A DNA stretch of 64,000 nucleotides from positions 622,503 to 686,502 of the forward strand of contig JBAZWB010000001.1 of NCBI GenBank assembly GCA_041660605.1. The letters run 5' to 3'. How positions within the stretch are numbered: the first letter of the stretch is position 1; every line of letters starts with the position of its first letter. The stretch is from Patescibacteria group bacterium. GTDB taxonomy: Bacteria > Patescibacteriota > Patescibacteriia > UBA10025 > JAHIVO01. Below the pieces are notes generated by a model. The model worked only from the letters and a program-made list of their open reading frames with translations, was not told the origin of the DNA and ran no database searches. A program made the position numbers and the translations under genes. This document shows positions 28,230-37,122 of this stretch, piece after piece.

Positions 28230-29033
28230 TTATATGGCGATATCGCGTTTATTAAAAAAATATAAGGCTAAGCCGGTCAATAAGATTGAGGATAAAACAA
28301 ATATTAAAATCGAAGTTAAATTCAAGGTATTATGAATTAACGCGTCATTTGAGGAATAATAGTGAAAAAATGAACCGTATTTCAATCCATCGAAATTTTC
28401 TTTTAAGCTTGAGATTAAATTTAGGACATACATAGCGATCAAAATTCCTCCAGCGGACATATATACCTTACTGCGTTCAGAAAAAATAGCAGAGAAAAAA
28501 ATTGCCAAGCTAAAAACCGCCCAACCGAATAAAAATGAAATCAACGCCAATGAAACATAATTAGGAGCAACAAAATCAATATTATGAATTTTAGCCAGGG
28601 GGAAAACAGCGAAAATCGACGTTATTGAAAAAGCGAACAGGCTAAAAATACCAACAAAATATTTAGAAAAAAATATTTTTATCCTAGAAACTGGGCGCGA
28701 GAGAAGCAATTCTACCGTACCGCGTTCAATTTCCCCGGCTAAACTATTCCCCGCAATTGCGATCAGCATGAAAATGACCATTATCGGCCAAATTATGCTG
28801 AATTGCTCCATTGATAAAAAATTCTCAAGCGTATCAAAGGTTATTTCATCCAAACCAAAAGCCTTGGCAAAGCTTTCAGGATAGTTTTTCATAAGTTCGT
28901 TAAAACTCTCCGATTGCTGCTGAATTGAAGGAAATAATGCTATATACATCCATAATAAAACAATGCCCGCTAAGCAAAAAATTAACAACGAGATCTTCCT
29001 GTCTTTTAAAAACCTTAAAAAAATTACTAGCAT
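28230..29033 (-). CDS. ABC-2 type exporter permease
   Basis: AGEIERGTVELLLSRPVSR..IFFSK; FNKRDI C-terminus; 6 TM. Confidence 0.9.
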   Translation of the reverse strand: MLVIFLRFLKDRKISLLIFCLAGIVLLWMYIALFPSIQQQSESFNELMKNYPESFAKAFGLDEITFDTLENFLSMEQFSIIWPIMVIFMLIAIAGNSLAGEIERGTVELLLSRPVSRIKIFFSKYFVGIFSLFAFSITSIFAVFPLAKIHNIDFVAPNYVSLALISFLFGWAVFSLAIFFSAIFSERSKVYMSAGGILIAMYVLNLISSLKENFDGLKYGSFFHYYSSNDALIHNTLNLTSILIFVLSSILLTGLALYFFNKRDIAI

Positions 29034-29038
29034 ACTAA

Positions 29039-29908
29039 TTATTCGTAAAATTCTAAAAATATATCCTCCAATGCGGCCTGAGAAATGCTTAAGTCCTTAA
29101 TATTATACTTGCTGATTTTTTTTATTAGCGGATTGATATCGCCTTTGACGTTGATAACAATATAATTAGAAGTTTCTTTTACAAGTTCGTTATTCTCGTC
29201 TATAAATTCATCCTTATTAAAACTACCGGAGAAATAAATATGCACATGAGTTAATTTTTTTTCTTTTAAGCTTAAAATGCTTTCAGTAGCAACAATTTTC
29301 CCTTTTTTTATGATCGCCACTCTGTCACATATCTTATCGACCTCGGATAAATTATGGGACGACATAAATATCGTTACTCCATTTTTTGCTTCTTTTTCCA
29401 GTAATTCATAAACCTCATTTTGCAATAACGGATCAAGAGCATTAGTAGGTTCATCCATAATAAGCAAATCAGGTCTGGTCATTAAAGCAAGAATAATCGC
29501 TAATTTCTGTTTGTTGCCGGACGAGAGCTGTTTTACTTTTATACTTGCATCAAAATCAAGAACATTCATCAATTCAGATGATCTGTCATTTTCTCCATTA
29601 AGATTTTTTACAAAGTTAATGTGAGTTTGACCGTCCCATTTTTCATATAAACGAACATTTCCGGATAAATAACCGATTTTTTTAATTATTTCAACGCTTT
29701 CTTTTCGCGTGTCTTTGCCAAAAATTTTAATCATTCCGCTTGTAGGCCTGATAAAGCTTAGCATGGCTCTGATGGTAGTTGTTTTACCGGCTCCATTAGG
29801 GCCTAAAAAACCAAAAATTTGGCCCTGATCAACATCCAAACTGATGTCATCAATGGCTTTTGTGTTTCCAAAATATTTGCGTAAACTGGATATTTCAATC
29901 GTTTTCAT
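29039..29908 (-). CDS. ABC exporter ATP-binding protein
   Basis: GFLGPNGAGKTT, LSSGNKQK, LIMDEPTNALDP, SSHNLSEV. Confidence 0.95.
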   Translation of the reverse strand: MKTIEISSLRKYFGNTKAIDDISLDVDQGQIFGFLGPNGAGKTTTIRAMLSFIRPTSGMIKIFGKDTRKESVEIIKKIGYLSGNVRLYEKWDGQTHINFVKNLNGENDRSSELMNVLDFDASIKVKQLSSGNKQKLAIILALMTRPDLLIMDEPTNALDPLLQNEVYELLEKEAKNGVTIFMSSHNLSEVDKICDRVAIIKKGKIVATESILSLKEKKLTHVHIYFSGSFNKDEFIDENNELVKETSNYIVINVKGDINPLIKKISKYNIKDLSISQAALEDIFLEFYE

Positions 29909-29914
29909 ACAATA

Positions 29915-29943
29915 ATCATAGCTTAAACCAGCTATTATGTGAA
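29915..29943 (-). promoter_or_regulatory. Probable promoter giving a leaderless ABC ATPase mRNA
   Basis: TTCACA-N17-TATGAT, then 6 nt and the ATG at 29908. Confidence 0.5.
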
Positions 29944-29961
29944 CGATATTTTTTCATTTCA

Positions 29962-30234
29962 TTATTTGCATACGCCTAGACAAGCGCAGTGATTTTCCAA
30001 AATACCCTCACTTTTGATGCAGGAAGGCCTTAAGCAATTATTATTTCCGCAAATTCCTGCACAATCCTTGCTGGTCTGACAAACCCTATCTCTTAAACCG
30101 GCTCCCGGATTTTTAATTTCAAGGGAGTCATTCGCTGGCCTTGTCTGTAAAAACCAAAGACCGGATAATATTATTACCAGCAAAAAAGTTAAGATAGGAA
30201 TTGTCAGCTTGGCATTTACTAATTTATTATTCAT
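29962..30234 (-). CDS. Small membrane-anchored or secreted 8-Cys peptide
   Basis: N-terminal TM/signal; C-terminal CQTSKDCAGICGNNNCLRPSCIKSEGILENHCACLGVCK; fills the gap between co-oriented genes. Confidence 0.7.
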   Translation of the reverse strand: MNNKLVNAKLTIPILTFLLVIILSGLWFLQTRPANDSLEIKNPGAGLRDRVCQTSKDCAGICGNNNCLRPSCIKSEGILENHCACLGVCK

Positions 30235-30249
30235 AAAAAATCTATAATA

Positions 30250-30876
30250 TTAATGAAGTTTTTTAATACTTCTTAAAATTCCCCTCATTTCCTTGGTTGC
30301 GTTCAAAGAGATTGACTGGGCAATGGGTATGTAAAATTTCTCAGCTTCATTTACCCAGCGCGGAAATTTGTAGTATTTTTTATGTTTTTTGCTCAGCAGT
30401 ATCCATGAACGCATATTATCAAGCAAATCTGCGGTTTTCAAAATTCGTACTTTTTTTGTGCTTCTGATGATTCTCTCCATATGCTTAGGTTTATTTATTT
30501 TCTTTTCCGCTTCAGTCTCACCTGCTCGTCTCGGTCTGGTTACCGCTTGAATAAAATTTAACGTACTTTTGTTAAAACTTCTCAGAATTTCCTTATCAGT
30601 CAAAGTAGTGTCTTCCAGAGTATCGTGTAAAATCGCAGCACATATTAAGTCAACATTAGTAACTTTATTTTCTAATAACCATCTAGCCGTCCTGACGCAG
30701 TGAATGATGTAACCGGCTTTTTCCGCGTCTTCTTCGCTTCTTTTTTGATTTTTATGGTATTCACTAGCTAAATCTAACGCCATTAAAATTCTGGACTGAT
30801 CCTTTGATGGAAATTTTTTTATTAAAATAAGTAACTTATTTCTATTTTTAGAATAGTATCGAAAATCAATTTTCAT
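30250..30876 (-). CDS. HD-domain RelA/SpoT-type small alarmone hydrolase (Mesh1-like)
   Basis: A..YHKNQKR, YIIHC, AAILHDTLEDT, KTADLLDNMR; no synthetase domain. Confidence 0.82.
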   Translation of the reverse strand: MKIDFRYYSKNRNKLLILIKKFPSKDQSRILMALDLASEYHKNQKRSEEDAEKAGYIIHCVRTARWLLENKVTNVDLICAAILHDTLEDTTLTDKEILRSFNKSTLNFIQAVTRPRRAGETEAEKKINKPKHMERIIRSTKKVRILKTADLLDNMRSWILLSKKHKKYYKFPRWVNEAEKFYIPIAQSISLNATKEMRGILRSIKKLH

Positions 30877-31331
30877 ACTTCTTCTTCAGAAATCACGCTT
30901 ATTCCATTATTTTTTAATAAAGCAGTTGTTACACCGTCATTTTTAACGCTTTTTTTTGAAAATGTCCCATCATAGATCCTGCCACTGCCACACGATGGAC
31001 TCCCCTGTTTTAAAATGGCTTTATGCGCATTATACATTTTAGCAATTTTCAAAACCTCGTTGGCTCCTTTTATAAACTCCACAGTTACTTCATTACCGTT
31101 ACTTTCGACAACCTTGGCTTTATTATTTAAAACATCCTGACCGCCTCCATTTTGTATTTCAGCATCTAGTCTTGGCGTAGTTTGTCCGCCCAGTTGTTCG
31201 GGACAGACTGGAATTATTATTTGTTTATTCAATAAATCAGCGACTTTATCGTTATAATTATTTTTTCCGTTATATTTGCAATTTATACCCAGCAAGCAGG
31301 CACTGCAAATTATAATACTTCTATTTTCCAT
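30873..31331 (-). CDS. DUF523 / 2-thiouracil desulfurase (TudS-like) Fe-S protein
   Basis: CSACLLGINCKYNG, PVCPEQLGG..TPR, ILKQGSPSCGS..IYDG.F, GVT.ALL; ATG 31331 overlaps the secA end. Confidence 0.88.
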   Translation of the reverse strand: MENRSIIICSACLLGINCKYNGKNNYNDKVADLLNKQIIIPVCPEQLGGQTTPRLDAEIQNGGGQDVLNNKAKVVESNGNEVTVEFIKGANEVLKIAKMYNAHKAILKQGSPSCGSGRIYDGTFSKKSVKNDGVTTALLKNNGISVISEEEV

Positions 31332-34089
31332 GGCACTTCTTATATTTTTTTCCTGAACCACATGGACACAGATCATTTCGACCGACCTTCTTGCCTTTTA
31401 AATTAACTAAATTACCTGCGGCGGTATGTTGCGTATCGCCCACTTTTTCCTTAACTGCCGGTTGACTGGAAGAATCTCGTTTGGTACTCATATTCTGATA
31501 AGGACTGGAAACAACCTGATCAGATGTTTTTGCCGGGGCAATAAGTTGCTGGCGTCTGGTAGCCATTGGAGTAACTGTCGAAGGCTGGCCTAAATTGACT
31601 TTAAAAATAGTATAAACAACATTCTTCTGAATATTATTAATCAATTCGTTAAAAAGATTGTAAGCTTCTTTTTTATATTCAACCAACGGATCTCTTTGGC
31701 CATAACCGCGCAGACCTATGCCGCGTCTGAGATGATCCACCATATCCAGATGCTCAATCCATAAAGTATCGATGGCGCGTAAATAAACCGCCATCTCTAT
31801 ATTTTTCATCATCACAGGGTTGTTAATCTTAGTTTCCAGATTATCATATGACAGATTCGCCAATTTCAAGAGATATTGGATTATCGTTGTCCTGGCTGCG
31901 GCATCCTGCTGTTTGTCGCCAGCTTTTTCTCTGATATCCTCCAGCCTTATACGATTTTCCAGGGCCACTGGAAAAATTGTATCAATTACTTCATAAATTT
32001 CATCTAAATTCCACTGATTTTCATTATCTGCTGAGGTGTGGAACGAGACCACTTGTTCAATTTCACTTTCAACCAGGTCTATTATTTTATCTCTCAGTCT
32101 GATCTCCTTTCCTGACTCATCTTTCATTCCTGATTCAGTTACTTCCAATATTTCATTGCGGCGCTTGTATATTACTTCCCGATGTTTATTTATAACATCG
32201 TCATATTCCACTAAATGTTTTCTGATGTCAAAATTATGGCCCTCAACTTTTTTTTGCGCGCTTTCAATGGATTTGGAGATCAAGCGGTTTTCAATTGGCA
32301 TGTCTTCCGGCAGTCCCAATTTGTCCATCATGCTTTTCATTCTGTCGGATCCGAATATTCTTAAGAGATCATCTTCCATAGAAACAAAAAACTGCGAAGA
32401 ACCGGGATCTCCCTGCCTGCCTGCGCGACCGCGCAATTGATTGTCAATTCTACGTGATTCGTGTCTTTCCGTGCCAAGGACATGCAAACCGCCTAATTTT
32501 ATAACTTCCGCCTGTTCATTTTTATCCGGATGCGGTCCGCCTAAAATAATGTCAACACCACGACCGGCCATATTTGTGGCCACCGTCACTGCCCCCTTTT
32601 TGCCTGCCTGAGCTAAAAACATAGCTTCTTTTTCATGATTCTTTGCATTTAATACGTTATGTTTGATCCCCTCTCTTTCCAGCAATTGACTGATGATTTC
32701 ATTTTTCTCTATTGAAATGGTGCCAACTAAAATCGGCTGGCCCAATTCGGTGCGAATTTTTATTTCCTTAACCAAGGCCCTGAATTTTCCAATTTCATTT
32801 TTATAAATTGAATCAGTCGAGTCTTTTCTTACCATTGGCTGATTTGTGGGAATTTCCACAACTTCTAGGGTGTATATTTTATGAAATTCTTCAGCTTCTG
32901 TCGCAGCCGTACCCGTCATACCGGCTAATTTTTTGTACATGCGGAAGTAATTTTGAAAGGTGATGGTGGCCATGGTCTGGCTTTCCTGTTTTATCTCTAC
33001 TCCTTCCTTTGCCTCTATAGCCTGATGGAGCCCTTCGGAATACCTCCTGCCATACATTAGCCGGCCGGTAAATTCATCAACTATTATTACCTCCCCTTCT
33101 TTCACGACATAATCCTTATCCTTTTGAAAAAGGGCTTTGGCTTTTAGCGATTGTTCAATGTGATGGACGGTTTCAATGCCTTCTGCTTGATAAATATTTT
33201 CGATACCCAACATTTTTTCCATTTTAGCAATTCCAATTTCCGTCAAAGTTGATGCCCTCATTTTTTCGTCAATATTATAATCTGTGTTTTCTTCCAATTG
33301 GCCCACATGCTGGGCAAATTTATAATACTTGTCGGTAGATTCTTCTGCCGGCGAGGAAATGATCAGCGGCGTGCGTGCTTCATCGATAAGTATGCTGTCA
33401 ACTTCGTCGACAATGGCAAAATTTAAATCTCTTTGAACTTTATATTTCATTGTCGGCACCATATTGTCTCGCAAATAATCAAATCCAAATTCATTGTTAG
33501 TGCCATAAGTTATGTCAGCCAAATACGCATCCCTTCGTTCGATTAACTTCAAATGTGCCAAACGTTCATCCGTAACGTCCTTTTCGCTGTAATTTTCGTC
33601 AAAAATAAAAGCTTGCTCATGCGTGATGCAGGCAACCTTCAATCCTAAAAAATTAAGTGCGACTCCATACCAGCCGGCGTCTCTTTTTGCCAAATAATCA
33701 TTAACCGTAACTATATGTACTCCTTTGCCCTCTAACGCATTTAGGTATGCGGAAATGGCGGCTGATAAAGTTTTGCCTTCACCAGTCTTTTGTTCAGCAA
33801 TTTTCCCCTGATGAAGGACTATAGCCGCCATCAGCTGTACGTCATAGGCTCTTTGCTTGACTGTTCTTTTTATCGCTTCTCTGATCACGGCGCAAGATTC
33901 GGGCAAAATCTCGTCAATTTTTTTACCCTGGCTAAGTTCTTCTTTGAATTGTTGTGTTTTTTTTCTTAAATCTTGGTCATTTAAAGAAGAAACTTGCTTT
34001 TCAAATGAATTAATTTTATCAATAAAAGGACGTAAATTTTTTATTACGTTTTTGTTGCTACTGCCAAGTAAGTTAGTTAAAAAAGACAT
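31321..34089 (-). CDS. secA: Preprotein translocase ATPase SecA
   Basis: AEQKTGEGKTL, HIVTVNDYLA.RD, IVDEVDSILIDEARTPLIIS, RRIDNQLRGRAGRQGDPG, SEC-C GRNDLCPCGSGKKYKKCHG. Confidence 0.99.
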   Translation of the reverse strand: MSFLTNLLGSSNKNVIKNLRPFIDKINSFEKQVSSLNDQDLRKKTQQFKEELSQGKKIDEILPESCAVIREAIKRTVKQRAYDVQLMAAIVLHQGKIAEQKTGEGKTLSAAISAYLNALEGKGVHIVTVNDYLAKRDAGWYGVALNFLGLKVACITHEQAFIFDENYSEKDVTDERLAHLKLIERRDAYLADITYGTNNEFGFDYLRDNMVPTMKYKVQRDLNFAIVDEVDSILIDEARTPLIISSPAEESTDKYYKFAQHVGQLEENTDYNIDEKMRASTLTEIGIAKMEKMLGIENIYQAEGIETVHHIEQSLKAKALFQKDKDYVVKEGEVIIVDEFTGRLMYGRRYSEGLHQAIEAKEGVEIKQESQTMATITFQNYFRMYKKLAGMTGTAATEAEEFHKIYTLEVVEIPTNQPMVRKDSTDSIYKNEIGKFRALVKEIKIRTELGQPILVGTISIEKNEIISQLLEREGIKHNVLNAKNHEKEAMFLAQAGKKGAVTVATNMAGRGVDIILGGPHPDKNEQAEVIKLGGLHVLGTERHESRRIDNQLRGRAGRQGDPGSSQFFVSMEDDLLRIFGSDRMKSMMDKLGLPEDMPIENRLISKSIESAQKKVEGHNFDIRKHLVEYDDVINKHREVIYKRRNEILEVTESGMKDESGKEIRLRDKIIDLVESEIEQVVSFHTSADNENQWNLDEIYEVIDTIFPVALENRIRLEDIREKAGDKQQDAAARTTIIQYLLKLANLSYDNLETKINNPVMMKNIEMAVYLRAIDTLWIEHLDMVDHLRRGIGLRGYGQRDPLVEYKKEAYNLFNELINNIQKNVVYTIFKVNLGQPSTVTPMATRRQQLIAPAKTSDQVVSSPYQNMSTKRDSSSQPAVKEKVGDTQHTAAGNLVNLKGKKVGRNDLCPCGSGKKYKKCHGK

Positions 34090-34175
34090 ATTTTAGGTTA
34101 TTTTCATTAATATTGTGAATATATATTAACTAAAATATGCTTTTTTTACAAGACTAACAAATTTCTGTAGCAGTT

Positions 34176-34721
34176 TTATTGATTTCCTTTTTCAACAAAT
34201 TTTTTTATCCAGATTGCCATTATCGGCACTAATGACAGCTGGATTAAAATTCCAGGCCACGCAATTTTCGTTGCCAGCCAGACACTGATAAAAGGATTTA
34301 ACTGGCCAGAAGAAAATAAGGTCAATGCTGCGATCAATCCCAGCCTGCCAATTATCATGGAAAAAATTAGCGATAGATATATATTTAAATTCAGTTTCTC
34401 CCGGAAAATTCCGGCCAATAAACCATAAAAAGTCAACTCTGCGGTTATCTGCGGTAAGACTGCGAGCATTGGCATTCCTGACGTGGCAAAACTAACCAGA
34501 GGTGTAAAAAGTCCGACAATTAAGCCAGTTCTCCAGCCAAAAATTAAACCCGCTATCAATACAAAAATATGCATTGGTAAAAAAATAGGGCCGGCCAGAT
34601 TGAATTGATGCGTAAACTGCGGTAAGCCTACCGCTAAAGCCACAAAAAGTGAGGTAAACGCTATTAATTCTATTTTTTCTATTCTGACTATTGGTAATGA
34701 TAAAGAATTAATTTTTTGCAT
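34176..34721 (-). CDS. ECF transporter substrate-binding (S) component
   Basis: LPQFTH...GPIFLPMHIFVLIAGLIFG, P..SF..SGMP, EL..YG, PGILIQL. Confidence 0.8.
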   Translation of the reverse strand: MQKINSLSLPIVRIEKIELIAFTSLFVALAVGLPQFTHQFNLAGPIFLPMHIFVLIAGLIFGWRTGLIVGLFTPLVSFATSGMPMLAVLPQITAELTFYGLLAGIFREKLNLNIYLSLIFSMIIGRLGLIAALTLFSSGQLNPFISVWLATKIAWPGILIQLSLVPIMAIWIKKFVEKGNQ

Positions 34722-34730
34722 AAATGTTTA

Positions 34731-35111
34731 TCAATTTTTAATCAGTTTAAATAATGTTTTTCCATTTGATTTTTTTATGTACTGCAATGCCTGGCGATGT
34801 GATTGCTTTAACATCTTTTCTAAAATTGACTGTAATTTAATAATAATTATCCTTTTATTTTTGTAGAAAACCGCCTTTTCGAATTCTTTTTTCCTGATTG
34901 TTTTTATCTTATTTTTTCCAAGCGTACATCCGGTAGAAAGCTGTAATCCGTCAAGCAGGCATGAAACTGGAGGATTTATTTTTGTATAAATCGTAATTTT
35001 ATCAATATTTGATAGATGCCTTCTCACATAAGCACCCATGACATATCCCAAAACTACATATGGTCCAATATGGCCATGAAGTGATTTTATAATCTTTAAA
35101 TTAACTTTCAT
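34731..35111 (-). CDS. FmdE-like (formylmethanofuran dehydrogenase subunit E family) protein
   Basis: LHGHIGPYVVLG..MG, SCLLDGLQ.STGCTLGK. Confidence 0.82.
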   Translation of the reverse strand: MKVNLKIIKSLHGHIGPYVVLGYVMGAYVRRHLSNIDKITIYTKINPPVSCLLDGLQLSTGCTLGKNKIKTIRKKEFEKAVFYKNKRIIIIKLQSILEKMLKQSHRQALQYIKKSNGKTLFKLIKN

Positions 35112-35989
35112 TTCTTCAAATAATCTGAAATGATTTTATAAACTAATTTTGCTGCTAAGAAATCTGGTGCCTCAATACCGGGCATTGGTTTTAATTCCAC
35201 TACGTCAGCGCCTATCAAATTTACTTTGCTGATTAACTCATCAATAAATTTAATGGTTTCATGCCAGTAATGACCGCCTGGTTCAGGAGTACCCACGGAT
35301 GGCATAATGCTCGGATCAAAAAAATCCAGATCAAAAGTTAAATATACGTTCTTTGTTAACTTTTTCAATACTTCATTGATATTTGGCAGCTGTGGCGCAA
35401 AATAGACTGATTTTTTGGATTTTTTCTGAAGGTATTTATTGATCTGCGGATTCATATTGCGAACGCCGAATGAAACTACTGGAATCTTTTTTTCTTCTAA
35501 CCGGCGAATGACGCAAGCATGGCTGAATGGCGTGCCTTCATATTCAGACAAAACGTCAGTATGGGCGTCAAAATGCAAAATTGATATATTTTTATACTTT
35601 TTTTGCAGGGCTTCGATACAGCCGTATGTGATTGAATGTTCGCCGCCCAATACCATTGGAAATTTATCGTACTTAACTGCAAAATCATAGACAGCCTGGC
35701 TAATGCCGCCCAAGGAAAGTTTAATAGAGCTTTTATGCGGTCTAATCTCTTCTGCAGTAAAAAAATCGCTGGTTTTAATGTTAAAAGCAGTGCCATTTTC
35801 TTCTATATCCCAAAGTTCATCCATAAATCTAGAAGCATTTATTATCGCCTGGGGACCCTGGCTGGTACCGACTCCATAAGATACCGTTGATTCAAAAGCT
35901 ATTGGTAAAACAACGACTCTGGCGCTTTCAAACGTTGCGCCGAAATTTGCCCCAAAATTAAACGGTAATATTTCGTAATTTTTTTTCAT
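35108..35989 (-). CDS. speB: Agmatinase / ureohydrolase
   Basis: STVSYG.GT..GP.AI, GGEHSIT, HFDAHTD, SHAC, TFDLDFFDPS.MP.VGTPEPGG. Confidence 0.9.
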   Translation of the reverse strand: MKKNYEILPFNFGANFGATFESARVVVLPIAFESTVSYGVGTSQGPQAIINASRFMDELWDIEENGTAFNIKTSDFFTAEEIRPHKSSIKLSLGGISQAVYDFAVKYDKFPMVLGGEHSITYGCIEALQKKYKNISILHFDAHTDVLSEYEGTPFSHACVIRRLEEKKIPVVSFGVRNMNPQINKYLQKKSKKSVYFAPQLPNINEVLKKLTKNVYLTFDLDFFDPSIMPSVGTPEPGGHYWHETIKFIDELISKVNLIGADVVELKPMPGIEAPDFLAAKLVYKIISDYLKK

Positions 35990-36002
35990 TTTAGAAAATT
36001 AA

Positions 36003-37103
36003 TTAAAGGTTTAGTAAGTAAGCAGCTAACCAGGGAAAAACAACGGTAACATCACTTTGAATTATTTGGTAATAGCTTTGCGTAGAAAGCTTATCCCAGG
36101 TAATTTTTTCTTTACCTCCGGCTCCAGAATACGAACCAAAAGACATTGGCGAAGAACCGATTTCAATAAATCCTGCCCAGCTCCTGACATTTTTAATTCT
36201 TAAATCATGCTTCAAGGATGGAATAACGCAAATCGGAAAATCAGCTGCGATGCCTCCGCCTAACTGGAGGAAAGCAACCGGATGTTCTTTTGAAACCGAC
36301 ATATACCAATCATAAAGAAAGTGAAAATATTCAATCCCGGTTTTCATGACATTTTGATTGAAAGTAACATCACTTTTTTTCTTATGCTTACCGCGATACG
36401 TATAGCTGGAAAATATATTGCCCATAGTTGAGTCCTCAAAGCCTGGAATAACGATGGGAATATTTTTCTCAAAAGCTGCATAGGCCCAGCAGTCATTTAT
36501 ATTGCTCTGCGGATCAGGCGAGATTAATTTCTCCGAAAATAATCTTCTGAAATATTCGTGCGGAAAATAGCGTTGAGATTTTTTTTCAGCCTGCCGCCAC
36601 ATTTTCAAAAGATGCGGTTCCATAATTCTGACACTCTCATCTTCAGGCAAAAAAGTATCCGTTATTCTGCGCAGGCCAGCGTCTCTAAGCTCAGCTTCCT
36701 GTTCCGGCGTCAGTTCAGTGTACCTGGGAATATAAGCATAATGCGAATGGGCTACATACCTATAATAAGATTCCTCATGGTTCGCGCCCGTAGCCGAGAT
36801 CAGATGGACCTTGTTTTTTCTGATCAATTCAGCCAGCATCACTCCTATTTGAAATGAACTTAAGGCTCCGGCTAAAGTCACTACCAGCTTGCCACCATTA
36901 TCAAGATGTTTTTTTAGCCATTCCGCTGATTGTAAAGTAGCGCCGGCATTGCAGTGCTGTAACGTTATTTTAGCATACGCAGATATACGCGCTTCCTGTT
37001 TTTTAATATTTTCAGTCAGAGATAATCCGGAATTCTTTTTATTCTCCAGGATAATTAATTTCCGCAAAGATGGAGATAGCTTATTTAATGCTTTATTATC
37101 CAT
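36003..37103 (-). CDS. Deoxyhypusine synthase-like protein (bacterial, homospermidine-pathway type)
   Basis: VTLAGALSS, ISATGAN.EE, PGFEDSTMGN, GGGIAADFPICV, SFGSYSGA...EKITWDK (catalytic Lys position kept). Confidence 0.88.
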   Translation of the reverse strand: MDNKALNKLSPSLRKLIILENKKNSGLSLTENIKKQEARISAYAKITLQHCNAGATLQSAEWLKKHLDNGGKLVVTLAGALSSFQIGVMLAELIRKNKVHLISATGANHEESYYRYVAHSHYAYIPRYTELTPEQEAELRDAGLRRITDTFLPEDESVRIMEPHLLKMWRQAEKKSQRYFPHEYFRRLFSEKLISPDPQSNINDCWAYAAFEKNIPIVIPGFEDSTMGNIFSSYTYRGKHKKKSDVTFNQNVMKTGIEYFHFLYDWYMSVSKEHPVAFLQLGGGIAADFPICVIPSLKHDLRIKNVRSWAGFIEIGSSPMSFGSYSGAGGKEKITWDKLSTQSYYQIIQSDVTVVFPWLAAYLLNL

Positions 37104-37122
37104 AAATTAAAATGATTAATTA

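Noticed and set aside
34731-35111. Evidence of formylmethanofuran dehydrogenase or methanogenesis
   Set aside because: FmdE-family domains occur alone in many bacteria, and no catalytic fmd/fwd subunits are present.
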